Positions 9,315-17,972 of a stretch of DNA of 26,476 nt are shown here, one piece after another (position 1 is the stretch's first letter; each line of letters starts with the position of its first letter). Below the pieces are notes generated by a model that ran no database searches, was not told where the DNA came from, and worked only from the letters and a program-made list of their open reading frames with translations. Source of the stretch: a virus (taxonomy: Duplodnaviria; Caudoviricetes); the IMG/VR virus record IMGVR_UViG_3300010289_000004, positions 1-26,476 of that record. The stretch is one strand, 5' to 3'. The translations under genes and the position numbers were made by a program.

Positions 9315-10027
9315 GCCTTGCTCCTTTCAACAAAATGCATATTTTCTGCACCAGGAATGTATTTTTTAAGCCCACCTTTAAAATGTAAAACTGGATATGA
9401 TGAGTCCCCGATCTTTTCCAGCATGTTTTTAACACACACGGCATGATTAGGACTTTCTGGATTGTCGAACTGACATGTCCAGTTCCATTTAGGGCGTACC
9501 AATCCTATTGTTGCATCAAACTGGGTCTGCCTTACCGCTGGAGTACTCTCCGCACACACACAGAACAGGTCTTGCTCATCAAGCCAATGTAATTTAGTTC
9601 CGCGCCCATATGTCATCTGAAAATCTGAGTACCGTGTCCAAGATTTTGATTCTAGTTGCTTGCAGAACCAAAGCAGAAAATCGCGACTTCGCTTATTTGC
9701 CCGAAACCCAACTACCCCAGAGTTCACTTTATATCGGCATTTGTATTGACGCTTGACTAATATAACGTCAGAGGAAACATCTTCTTCAAACAAGCCAAAA
9801 GGATTGGAATTAAGAATAATATCGACGTCCAGTTTCAATACATTATTTCCATCTGGAACTCTGCTCATAAAATCGCAAAGCGTCTTCATTTTAACAGTGT
9901 TGATTTTTCCGATATCGCCAGTATAAATGTCAACATAACATCGACAATTGCGCAGATTTGGTGATGCCACCAACTTATCTGCAAGTGATTCCATTTTGAA
10001 ATCAGTAATGATATAAACATAATTCAT
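9311..10027 (-). CDS. GT-A fold glycosyltransferase (GT77/GT34-like)
   Basis: VLKLDVDIILNSNPF, VNSGVVGFRAN, DEQDLF, KWNW and VLHFKG. Confidence 0.82.
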   Translation of the reverse strand: MNYVYIITDFKMESLADKLVASPNLRNCRCYVDIYTGDIGKINTVKMKTLCDFMSRVPDGNNVLKLDVDIILNSNPFGLFEEDVSSDVILVKRQYKCRYKVNSGVVGFRANKRSRDFLLWFCKQLESKSWTRYSDFQMTYGRGTKLHWLDEQDLFCVCAESTPAVRQTQFDATIGLVRPKWNWTCQFDNPESPNHAVCVKNMLEKIGDSSYPVLHFKGGLKKYIPGAENMHFVERSKA

Positions 10028-10740
10028 TTGTGCCTCACAGCAGCTGACGTATCGTACTGGTATTTTTTAAACTCACTGAAGTACACGTTTCCCGTTTCAA
10101 TAGAAAAATTCAAAGCTTCAATTGCAAAATTAAACGCCGCAAGATTTGTGTTATACATACCAATTCTGACGCCATACTGAATGGAATAAATTGTGCGTTT
10201 AACAAGGTTTAACACTTGAAGACGTGAACCACCAAAACACCCAGGACAATATATAGGAAGATTTCGCATTCGTTCTGCTTGGTCGTCTCCAATCAGCCTT
10301 CGTAAGCGTCTAAACTGTATTGGCTTGTTGTTCCATGCGTCATTAGTGCCAGCGTAAATTACACAAGGTGTCGACATAAGATTCAGTATATTTTGCTTAA
10401 ACTCCACATCCGATATGTCCGATATAAACACTCTATCAGCGTTTGAGGCTTCAAGGTATTTCAAAAAAAGGAAAAACCGTTCGTCATTTACTGAATACTG
10501 TTCTGGCAACATCAGCCTAGTCTGAACAAATTGCAAATGGCTTGTTTGATGTTTCCGTATAAATTTTTCAGAACAGTCTGTCAACACAACACCATGCATA
10601 TTGGTTCGTACTAAAGACTTAGCCCAAACATCCATATAATCCCAGTGATCACGCCGAACAAATATACCGCGCTGTGGATCTGGCTTGCTTGTAAAATAGC
10701 AGGACAAAACAATGTTCATATCGTCTTCAAATTTCGTCAT
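10024..10740 (-). CDS. Putative GT-A fold glycosyltransferase
   Basis: GVVLTD, NDERFFLFLKYL, VFISDISDVEFKQN (DxxD), CPGCFGGSR and C-terminal VRHK. Confidence 0.68.
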   Translation of the reverse strand: MTKFEDDMNIVLSCYFTSKPDPQRGIFVRRDHWDYMDVWAKSLVRTNMHGVVLTDCSEKFIRKHQTSHLQFVQTRLMLPEQYSVNDERFFLFLKYLEASNADRVFISDISDVEFKQNILNLMSTPCVIYAGTNDAWNNKPIQFRRLRRLIGDDQAERMRNLPIYCPGCFGGSRLQVLNLVKRTIYSIQYGVRIGMYNTNLAAFNFAIEALNFSIETGNVYFSEFKKYQYDTSAAVRHK

Positions 10741-11620
10741 AAGTGTTAATCACTTCTTGTAAAAAACTAAGCATCTTCAAGGCGCAGTTTGTTTTCGTCC
10801 CACATAAACTAATAAGACGCTCACGTACACCAGTATTGTCTATCTCGTACTGAAGCATTTTTGGAACTTCCGCAATATCATCGTACAGGTATGCCTGCTT
10901 TTCTGATAGCAATTCTATCACACCAGCTTCCGGATTTCGTCTTGCAATTATTTTGCAACCGCATAATGCGGCCTCAATAACAGCATTTGGGCATCCTTCC
11001 ATTCTTGAAGGCGATATATAAAACTCAATACTCTGATACCAATCTCGTAGCCTAACTTTATCAAGCCCAATAACAGAATCAAACTTCAATCCGTCATTTT
11101 TTGACATATAATCTTTCAGCAACGCAAAGTCATAGTACCGCTTACGTGGTTCTGGACGAAAGCACGTACCTATAACGTGTCCGTTACGCTTACTGGCATC
11201 AGGGACCCAAAACTCATCGTCGATACCTTGTCTCAACAAGACTGCATGGCAACCCACCTGTAAAAGACGTTGCCTTATCCAATGAGCATTTGTAATAACA
11301 GGCTGAGCGTTTGCCAAAGCATGTATTTCGGCATCTTGAATTTTGTCACTATCCCACAACCGCATCCACCAACACTTTGGCGTGTTAGGATAGTCGCAGT
11401 GCATTCTTTCGATGTCCATATAAGAAACACCGACCACAACATCTGCCGGTGCAGGAACGGATATACACTGGGGATGGTCTTCCATCGTGTAATTGTCGAC
11501 GATGGAAATAATAAAGGCATTGTGCCCCAACGCTCGCAACGCTTTCACAGTACCAACTATGGTATTTGTTCCACCATTATTGTTTAGTCCTGATTGCAGC
11601 GCATAAAAAGCAATATTCAC
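10727..11620 (-). CDS. GT4 (GT-B) glycosyltransferase
   Basis: N-terminal NIAFY...NNGG, ALRALGH, GIDDEFW, PRKR and SPSRMEGCPNAVIEAALCGC (E-x7-E). Start re-assigned to GTG 11620 after GGGGGTG. Confidence 0.9.
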   Translation of the reverse strand: MNIAFYALQSGLNNNGGTNTIVGTVKALRALGHNAFIISIVDNYTMEDHPQCISVPAPADVVVGVSYMDIERMHCDYPNTPKCWWMRLWDSDKIQDAEIHALANAQPVITNAHWIRQRLLQVGCHAVLLRQGIDDEFWVPDASKRNGHVIGTCFRPEPRKRYYDFALLKDYMSKNDGLKFDSVIGLDKVRLRDWYQSIEFYISPSRMEGCPNAVIEAALCGCKIIARRNPEAGVIELLSEKQAYLYDDIAEVPKMLQYEIDNTGVRERLISLCGTKTNCALKMLSFLQEVINTYDEI

Positions 11621-11703
11621 GACACACCCCCAGTATATAAACCGTTTGAACATATACACCTTACTTTGGACGCTTCTTTCCAGAATTGCATTCGTTGATC
11701 ATT

Positions 11704-13305
11704 TTAATCACCCCCTTCCTGAGACGCAATCTGTGCTTCGATTTCGGCTATTTGTTTGCGTATCGAATCGGCCTCTTCCGAATTGTCTTCTGCGATAGCG
11801 CGTTGCAGTGACTGTTTCAGTCTCATCAACTTTATTCTTGGATTTCCTTCACCAAGCAATTCGTCGCGCATAGCAGACATTTCCCCAAACACAATAGGCA
11901 CATTGTCTTCCATCTCACTTTGAATGGCCGCCTGCTCGTCTGGATTAGTCGTTATCTCTGGGGTAAGGGACTTAAACGCAATGGTCAGGCCGGTAGGCGA
12001 TACTTGACCCATTCTTGTGCTAATCATGCTGTCTATTTCTTCCAGCTTCTGCTTGAATGTACGCAAATCAAACTTGCGACTGAATGTTATTGAGCATTTG
12101 CTATTGTCCTTAAGAATTGACTGGACACATTTTATGACCTTTGCTGAATACATTTCTAAATCATCAGCAAGTGAATACAGGTTGCCTTCAAGTGGCTCGC
12201 GATCCACCAGTTTCGCAAACCCACTCTCCTGTATCATCTCTCCGTTTGTGCCTTTCTTTGCAACACTTTTAAGATCACGTTCGTTCTCAACAGCGTGATT
12301 GAAGTAATCCCTTGCCATTGTGCGCGCACTCTCGACCTCTAACTGCTTAACCAAATAGTGAGGTTCTTTCTCGCCAGACCATGCTAGTACACGCCCTTTG
12401 GATTGCTTTTTCAATTTGGTTTGTCCGTCCTTGTCGGTGAACATATTGGATGCATTTATGGATTCTTCATGCATTAAAAGCAGTGCATTACCATGCTTTA
12501 ATAACTCATACACGGCAATGTGATTAAGGTTATTAGCCGTGATAAGCATATTAGACGTTTGGTCGAAAGCCCATTCGCCTATTGTGTTATCAGGCGAAGC
12601 CAAAAATGAAGCCTGTATTACGACTGGCACAAATCCGTAACTGTGGTTGAATACTGAATCCGATATTATTTTTCCATTTTTATCAACAAGAAAATAGTCT
12701 TGTTCAGTGTAAACAGCGGTCACTTCCTCTATTTCAGGAATTTTATCCCTTGGATCAAGCCACGTATCGCCATACTTGCGTTTGTAAGCAAACCATACCA
12801 ACCTGTCGTCCACATATTGAAAGTTGACAACATCCAGCGGATGTAGATTAACCAAAAATGGCATACCTTCCTTGCGTTCTTGAGCTCGGTTTGACACTGG
12901 GGTAGCAGGTTTTTCAATTAGCGTGAACACCGTACCATATGCCCTCAGTCCTACAGAAACATAATCTCTGAGATACCGCCCGAATGGAATAGCGTCGTTG
13001 CTTCTGGTGCAATTTCTCATAAACGTTGCCATTATGGAATTTTCTTCAACATCCTCCTTGTATCCATTTTTGAATAATGTATCACCAGGAGCGCTGACCA
13101 AGTCCTGTGAAGGATTGATCATGTTAGCCGGAAAATACTTACGGCGCTCATCGTACGCAGCCTGACTTTCGTCAGGAAGCCTAATGCAAAATGGTGCAGA
13201 CATGAACGCCGTTTCATCATTGCTGATAAGATCACGAATGCGAATCCATTTACTTTGTTTCAGCTGTAGCTCTTTATTCAAAGGGATCACAATTTGGTTT
13301 GGCAT
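11704..13305 (-). CDS. Portal protein
   Basis: 533 aa directly after terL. ESQAAYDERR, YGTVFTLIE, HPLDVVNF, HSYGFVPVV and ESGFAK are typical portal motifs. AAGGAG RBS. Confidence 0.9.
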   Translation of the reverse strand: MPNQIVIPLNKELQLKQSKWIRIRDLISNDETAFMSAPFCIRLPDESQAAYDERRKYFPANMINPSQDLVSAPGDTLFKNGYKEDVEENSIMATFMRNCTRSNDAIPFGRYLRDYVSVGLRAYGTVFTLIEKPATPVSNRAQERKEGMPFLVNLHPLDVVNFQYVDDRLVWFAYKRKYGDTWLDPRDKIPEIEEVTAVYTEQDYFLVDKNGKIISDSVFNHSYGFVPVVIQASFLASPDNTIGEWAFDQTSNMLITANNLNHIAVYELLKHGNALLLMHEESINASNMFTDKDGQTKLKKQSKGRVLAWSGEKEPHYLVKQLEVESARTMARDYFNHAVENERDLKSVAKKGTNGEMIQESGFAKLVDREPLEGNLYSLADDLEMYSAKVIKCVQSILKDNSKCSITFSRKFDLRTFKQKLEEIDSMISTRMGQVSPTGLTIAFKSLTPEITTNPDEQAAIQSEMEDNVPIVFGEMSAMRDELLGEGNPRIKLMRLKQSLQRAIAEDNSEEADSIRKQIAEIEAQIASQEGGD

Positions 13306-13317
13306 ATTACAAACTCC

Positions 13318-14652
13318 TTAAAGTGTTAAATTCAATGATGTTTCACCAACATCCTCAAACCGAATCGGAAACCAATACTCGCACAAATAATCACAGGCTG
13401 CACTGATATGTCCACGCATTTTATCCTTCAAGTCCAAATCTCGAGTACCTGGTTTATATGTAAGTGAACCCCAGTCCTTTTTCAATTCAACACATGAACT
13501 GTGAATCAACAGTCGCTTGTGTTCCAGGAGTGAATTGGTACAGTTGATTCGATCAACTACAGGAGGGTTTCGTGTTCGTTTATACACGTGTACTTCACGT
13601 TTGTGCGCAGCAAACTCAGTTCGAACGATGCGCAAATCCGTGACGCCAATATCTTGTGATGTTTGGCGTGCACTTGAACTTTGACAAGGCGTGACATTGA
13701 ACGCTCCACACTGGGGGTAAGCCGCACAAATGTGCTGCACCATTTCTTTCGTGTTTGAATTAGGCAAAAAAATCTCGCGAAATATATGGAATCCGTCATC
13801 CGTTCTGTGTGCAAGTACAGCAGACATAGGATGTACATTAAAATCCATGCCAACATAAATTGGAGCATCCTTTATATACTGGCATGCATTATCATCAACA
13901 TTTCTGGAATTGTCAAATCCATAATACGCAACACCTTCGTTTCCTTCAAAACTTGCTTCGTACTCTTGCCTGAATAACCTGGACGGCATGTGTCGCCGAG
14001 CAGATTCAATTTCAGATGCCGGCAGCACATCAGACGAGAACCATGAGTAATAGCAAACGTCAGGATCGTCTGGGTTTTCAGCATAAGCGCCTTCAAATGG
14101 TTTAGTAATTGGTATTGATCCACCAGCAGCGTACAGGCATTCTTCATAGTAAAAGTTTCGCCCTTCCGGAACACCTTCTCTAATACACCAACCGTTTGTA
14201 TCGGATAGAACAGGCCTAATATGAGCGTTCCATGCATCTGGCCTTACATTTGGATATTCGGTAATTAAACCACCGTGCCATATTTGGCCCTCAATACGTT
14301 CAGGTTTATCCAAGCCAAACAGGCAAATTTCTGACCCATTTAATAGCCGAATTGTCAGTCCCTTAGTTCCATCTTTTGGTCGCAGCCTTCGTGTATCATA
14401 CTCCAATCTCTGCCAAAATATGTTCTGGGCTTGACTCCATGTTGGCGCCGCACAAAAATAACGATGTCCTGCATTTCGCAAAGCAGCGTCTAGAACCTTG
14501 CGTAGCCCGATAAGAGTTTTACGTGATCGCCGGCCAGCGGCCACGAAAATGAATCTATGGGTATCATTTTTTAACTTTAGCTGAAGCGGAGTCAGCCCTT
14601 GCAAGATCATCGGCAACCTTGCGTAAACTTGCGGCGAGTGCTTCTCGATCAT
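13318..14652 (-). CDS. terL: Terminase large subunit
   Basis: Walker A-like AGRRSRKT, APTWSQA, LLNGSEI, PERIEG, GVPEGRN, FRQEYEASF, nuclease YVGMDFN and NPPVVDRIN. Confidence 0.95.
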   Translation of the reverse strand: MIEKHSPQVYARLPMILQGLTPLQLKLKNDTHRFIFVAAGRRSRKTLIGLRKVLDAALRNAGHRYFCAAPTWSQAQNIFWQRLEYDTRRLRPKDGTKGLTIRLLNGSEICLFGLDKPERIEGQIWHGGLITEYPNVRPDAWNAHIRPVLSDTNGWCIREGVPEGRNFYYEECLYAAGGSIPITKPFEGAYAENPDDPDVCYYSWFSSDVLPASEIESARRHMPSRLFRQEYEASFEGNEGVAYYGFDNSRNVDDNACQYIKDAPIYVGMDFNVHPMSAVLAHRTDDGFHIFREIFLPNSNTKEMVQHICAAYPQCGAFNVTPCQSSSARQTSQDIGVTDLRIVRTEFAAHKREVHVYKRTRNPPVVDRINCTNSLLEHKRLLIHSSCVELKKDWGSLTYKPGTRDLDLKDKMRGHISAACDYLCEYWFPIRFEDVGETSLNLTL

Positions 14653-15088
14653 CTGAATCTCCTAAATTAACCTTTTTACCAAACTCATCGGAGAATTTGC
14701 GTTCAAGCCACCAAGCAGCGGAACACCATTGCTTTGGCATAGCTTTGAAAATGCATGAAATGGCGTAATCCCTGCCTCGGCCCATAGCGATTTCTTCCGC
14801 TTTTCTTACGGCAGCCGCAGCTGAAGGGTCATCGCGTATCCAGGCCATAAACGTAGAATAATCCATTTTAGCAGCAGCTACTGCCCGTATGCGTCCAGCA
14901 TTATTAGCAATGGCGTTGCAAATGATAGCAAGTTTTTGCGGAGTACGAGAATACGTATGAGGAATAGGGGATGACGGACGGTATCGTAACCTATCACTGC
15001 GCTTTTGCCTGAATGATGGCATTCGCAATCGGGCTTCTCGACTGTTTGGTGGTGCTTTTGCTTTTGCTTTGTTTTGCTTTCTTTTCAT
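14564..15088 (-). CDS. terS: Terminase small subunit
   Basis: HTH-like AVAAAKMDYSTFMAW and W-x-x-AAWWLERKF signature. Overlaps the terL start by 89 nt. AAGGAGG RBS. Confidence 0.8.
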   Translation of the reverse strand: MKRKQNKAKAKAPPNSREARLRMPSFRQKRSDRLRYRPSSPIPHTYSRTPQKLAIICNAIANNAGRIRAVAAAKMDYSTFMAWIRDDPSAAAAVRKAEEIAMGRGRDYAISCIFKAMPKQWCSAAWWLERKFSDEFGKKVNLGDSDDREALAASLRKVADDLARADSASAKVKK

Positions 15089-15120
15089 ACTTGCCTCCTT
15101 TCGACTGTTAGTATATAATA

Positions 15121-15150
15121 ATTATACATTACAGCCGTATTGGTTGACAA
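15121..15150 (-). promoter_or_regulatory. Sigma70-type promoter upstream of terS (packaging/glycan/head operon)
   Basis: Minus strand TTGTCA-N18-TATAAT, about 30 nt upstream of the terS start. Confidence 0.7.
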
Positions 15151-15158
15151 GCATTTAA

Positions 15159-15887
15159 TTAAAAAGGACATAAAATCGGTTGGTTAAACACTCTGGGAGT
15201 ACGCCTTGAAGGACATCTGTTGTGACAGTACCAAGCCATTTCAAATAGAGGTGTGCCTGTTGTACTTTTTGTCTTCTTGATTGGTACGAAAGGAAGCCAT
15301 GTTGCGTCTTGGCCTTCGCACACAATAATTTGGCCTTTTCGTTGCTTGCACCAAACGCCTAACTTTTCATAATCAATAAGTTTGTTTCCGTAACGGTATC
15401 GATGCCCTCCGTTAAACTGGTAAGGAGGGTCAATAAACCATGTTGCAATATAATCTGGAGCGTCGGAATAATTGCCACATATAATTTTCCAGTGTCTAAT
15501 TTTTTGCAAGATTGATGATGTATGCAATAATCGTTGAATAAAACCATCCGCAGCAAATGGTGATACTTTGTTTCCTTGATACGTAAACGAAGTTCCTATA
15601 TTTGACATACGATCCATAAACAATTTTTCTTCTGGCGAAAGTGTGAACTTATCTAGCGTATCACCTGCATTAGGTACAGGTAAAGACAGAATATCGTCTT
15701 TTGAACAAGACTGCAACCATTTCCATAACCGAACGACGTTCTCGTCCTTATCGATGAGAATAATATCGTGATCCCAATAATGAAGAGCGTATTGAGCACT
15801 ACCGGCGAATGGCTCAATAATCGTTTTGTATTTTGGTTTAGGGTAATACCGTATTAGATTTTTTTTGCTGCCTAAATATGACCACAT
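15159..15887 (-). CDS. DNA amino-methyltransferase (Dam/D12-like, probably N6-adenine)
   Basis: YLGSK, motif I IEPFAGSA, IDKD and motif IV FIDPPY. Start re-assigned to ATG 15887 right after the upstream stop. Confidence 0.9.
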   Translation of the reverse strand: MWSYLGSKKNLIRYYPKPKYKTIIEPFAGSAQYALHYWDHDIILIDKDENVVRLWKWLQSCSKDDILSLPVPNAGDTLDKFTLSPEEKLFMDRMSNIGTSFTYQGNKVSPFAADGFIQRLLHTSSILQKIRHWKIICGNYSDAPDYIATWFIDPPYQFNGGHRYRYGNKLIDYEKLGVWCKQRKGQIIVCEGQDATWLPFVPIKKTKSTTGTPLFEMAWYCHNRCPSRRTPRVFNQPILCPF

Positions 15888-15888
15888 T

Positions 15889-16632
15889 TTATGGAATACG
15901 CCTTTCTCTACGAGCGGGAGAACTAACATTTCTCGGAGTTCTGCGAGCGGTAGTGTTATGTTGGCTCTGGTTTCTTGATCCAGTGCGGATTTCCGTTTCC
16001 CATTTGCTTTGCTCCAATTCTGCTCCGGCGTATGAAAGTATAAGGCCAAACACATTTTGGCCGGTCACATAGTTTTTTGCACGAATTATGACGTAGTTGT
16101 CTTCAGTAAATTCAAGATACAAAGGAGTTTCGCCGCCGGTCTCTGGGGTAATACGATCAAGTACATCCAATAAAGCGTGCAAACGAGCGCGGTTAAGTAT
16201 GAATTTGCCTATTGTCTTGCCGTGATTGCGTATTAAGTCCATCCAGTTTATCCAAACGCCGTTCCCTGGGTTAGGGGCATCTTTTGTGGTATGGCGACCC
16301 GTTTCGTCAACCACTTCAAAACGCAATCGACCGTTTGATACAGAAACATCTGCATATTCAAGACGGCCTCCGAATGTGCGATCTGTACCTATGGCATTTA
16401 TTAGTTCTACTGCATCGTCTTTGAATATATTAACATGACCACATGAACCAGTATCTGATACCGGAAGATTTTTGGTTGCTTCAGCTGGGGGAGGAGATAT
16501 AGCTATGGTTGTGTTGCGGCTCGCAGCTACAACAGTACCATCTGGATCTATGTGAATCATTTCGAGTTGTGGTATAGATGCATCTCGCTTGGATAAGTGC
16601 ACTGATTGCAGCGCAGCCTTGCTAATAATCAT
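15889..16632 (-). CDS. Sliding-clamp (DNA pol III beta)-like protein
   Basis: SKRDASIPQLEMIHIDPDGTVVAAS resembles the beta-clamp S-x-D-x-x-R-P-x-L...VATD segment. FILNRARLHALLDVL...LYLEFT...VIIR...GLILS resembles the last clamp domain. Confidence 0.6.
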   Translation of the reverse strand: MIISKAALQSVHLSKRDASIPQLEMIHIDPDGTVVAASRNTTIAISPPPAEATKNLPVSDTGSCGHVNIFKDDAVELINAIGTDRTFGGRLEYADVSVSNGRLRFEVVDETGRHTTKDAPNPGNGVWINWMDLIRNHGKTIGKFILNRARLHALLDVLDRITPETGGETPLYLEFTEDNYVIIRAKNYVTGQNVFGLILSYAGAELEQSKWETEIRTGSRNQSQHNTTARRTPRNVSSPARRERRIP

Positions 16633-16793
16633 TGTACTCTCCTTTCGTTACGAATCAAGGCTTCAATGCTTTTAAGAATTTTAACAATAGATGATATCTT
16701 GAAATACCAGCATAAAACATCACGCATGATTAGAAAGACAATAATAAAAATGGCAACAATGATTATATACAAGAGAGTGCTTGAGTCGATCAT
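16629..16793 (-). CDS. Small single-TM membrane protein
   Basis: ATG 16793 after an AAAGGGGG RBS. LLYIIIVAIFIIVFLIMRDVLCWYFKI. ATGA overlap with the clamp gene. Confidence 0.7.
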   Translation of the reverse strand: MIDSSTLLYIIIVAIFIIVFLIMRDVLCWYFKISSIVKILKSIEALIRNERRVQ

Positions 16794-16911
16794 AATGCCC
16801 CCTTTCTGGTTTTTTATTATAAATATTACAGTAAGTTCAGAAAGTCGATCAAAAAAGCGATGAAAATTATTATGAACAAGAATTTGTATGAAGTGGTCGT
16901 AAGGTCTCCTA

Positions 16912-17106
16912 TTATTTAACGTGTTCACGACTTCCATACTCAAGTGATTTTTTCATAACAGATATGCGATGATGCAAATTATTTTGAAACATAATTACGG
17001 CTTTACATCGTTCGTTTGAAATATGAGATGGTAACTTGTCTTGAAATGTATCGATCAGTTCACGAGCCTCATCGTCAATAATAGATTCAATGTGTACAAG
17101 CTGCAT
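16912..17106 (-). CDS. Hypothetical protein
   Basis: Fills a gap on the coding strand. Weak RBS and uncertain start. Confidence 0.35.
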   Translation of the reverse strand: MQLVHIESIIDDEARELIDTFQDKLPSHISNERCKAVIMFQNNLHHRISVMKKSLEYGSREHVK

Positions 17107-17165
17107 AAGAATAATAATCTTTCTGTATATTATCAGCAACCAGTTATGATATAAATACCAACAAA

Positions 17166-17348
17166 CTATGATACAGTAGCCGCTTCAGATAATCGAACTA
17201 CTGCTTGACAAAACCAAAAATTTCCTATCTCGTCGCGGTATACGCATATACCTCCTTGAAGATTCCAACCAACTGTCATTAAATCATTAACAAAACGGCT
17301 TAACTCCAACGCTGATCGTTTGCAAACAACTGCATATTCCTTAACCAT
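17166..17348 (-). CDS. DUF1737-like small protein
   Basis: EYAVV...LSRFVNDLMTVGWNLQGG...FCQAVVR pattern. AAGGAGG RBS before ATG 17348. Confidence 0.75.
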   Translation of the reverse strand: MVKEYAVVCKRSALELSRFVNDLMTVGWNLQGGICVYRDEIGNFWFCQAVVRLSEAATVS

Positions 17349-17490
17349 CTTCTGCCTCCTTATCTTTTTCGTTTTCAATGTCAATGTCATAGCAATCACA
17401 TCGTTGAACGCCAATTACGTCTCCATCATCGTTTACAATTTTAATATATCCTTCATCGTCACAGTCGGTGCATGCAAATTCATCGGACAT
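17341..17490 (-). CDS. Small acidic zinc-ribbon-like protein
   Basis: CTDCDDEGY...RCDC (CxxC..G..CxC). AAGGAGG RBS before ATG 17490. Confidence 0.7.
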   Translation of the reverse strand: MSDEFACTDCDDEGYIKIVNDDGDVIGVQRCDCYDIDIENEKDKEAEDG

Positions 17491-17503
17491 GTGACCTCCT
17501 TGA

Positions 17504-17800
17504 TTATCGAGCAATCCGTCCAATTTTTGCAAGTGGAGTGCAAATAAACGAATTTTTTTCGAGGGCTTTAATAGCTCGGTCAAACTCTTCTGGCTTTGAC
17601 AAAAAGTGCACCTTTACCTTGTTTGCAGCAGTCCAGTGTACATCAACTTCTTTAGGATGAAACAATGAATCAACAATGGTTTTCATCAAATCAAGATAAC
17701 GACCATTGCCGCCAACGTATGTATGACCTCCTTTGTTGTCGTGGCGCACCATAACAACTACTTCGTCTAATGGACTAGTGACAAGATACCGTCGAAACAT
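17504..17800 (-). CDS. Hypothetical protein
   Basis: 98 aa with a strong AGGAGG RBS. First gene after an AT-rich intergenic region. Confidence 0.8.
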   Translation of the reverse strand: MFRRYLVTSPLDEVVVMVRHDNKGGHTYVGGNGRYLDLMKTIVDSLFHPKEVDVHWTAANKVKVHFLSKPEEFDRAIKALEKNSFICTPLAKIGRIAR

Positions 17801-17827
17801 AAAACCTCCTATATAATATGGATAAAT

Positions 17828-17972
17828 AAAAGCGACATAGAAAACAACATACTTGTAAAACGGTATATATCTTAGATTTAAGTATGATATGAAATTTTCA
17901 ATCTTATCATAACGTTATTATGTACTTAGATATAACACCTATCTATACTATGTTGTTTTTTATGTCCCTTTT
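17828..17972. repeat. Long imperfect inverted repeat
   Basis: Outer arms 17828-17851 and 17949-17972 match at 22/24 positions. Nested inner pairs are ggt/acc, tatatct/agatata, tatgat/atcata and tgaaa/tttca. Confidence 0.85.

Noticed and set aside
4908-11620. Host LPS/capsule locus or Gtr-type serotype-conversion cassette
   Set aside because: No wzx/wzy/ABC exporter, GtrA/GtrB, membrane GT or sugar-synthesis genes are present, and the cassette is coupled to phage head genes. A host-surface role is not fully excluded.
15159-15887. Restriction-modification system
   Set aside because: No adjacent endonuclease is recognisable. An orphan methylase next to terS is common in phages.
15888-16055. 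Long N-terminal extension of the methyltransferase (similar extensions for 4908..5630, 7277..8050, 16629..16943, 17341..17583)
   Set aside because: The extensions overlap upstream genes. Internal starts with an RBS or stop-start coupling coincide with the domain boundaries.
2036-16072. Short alternative-frame ORFs inside larger genes (2036..2218, 2342..2542, 2710..2922, 7525..7761, 11275..11520, 12729..12917, 13557..13868, 13872..14237, 15359..15556)
   Set aside because: They are nested within clear genes and I found no motif or other support for them.
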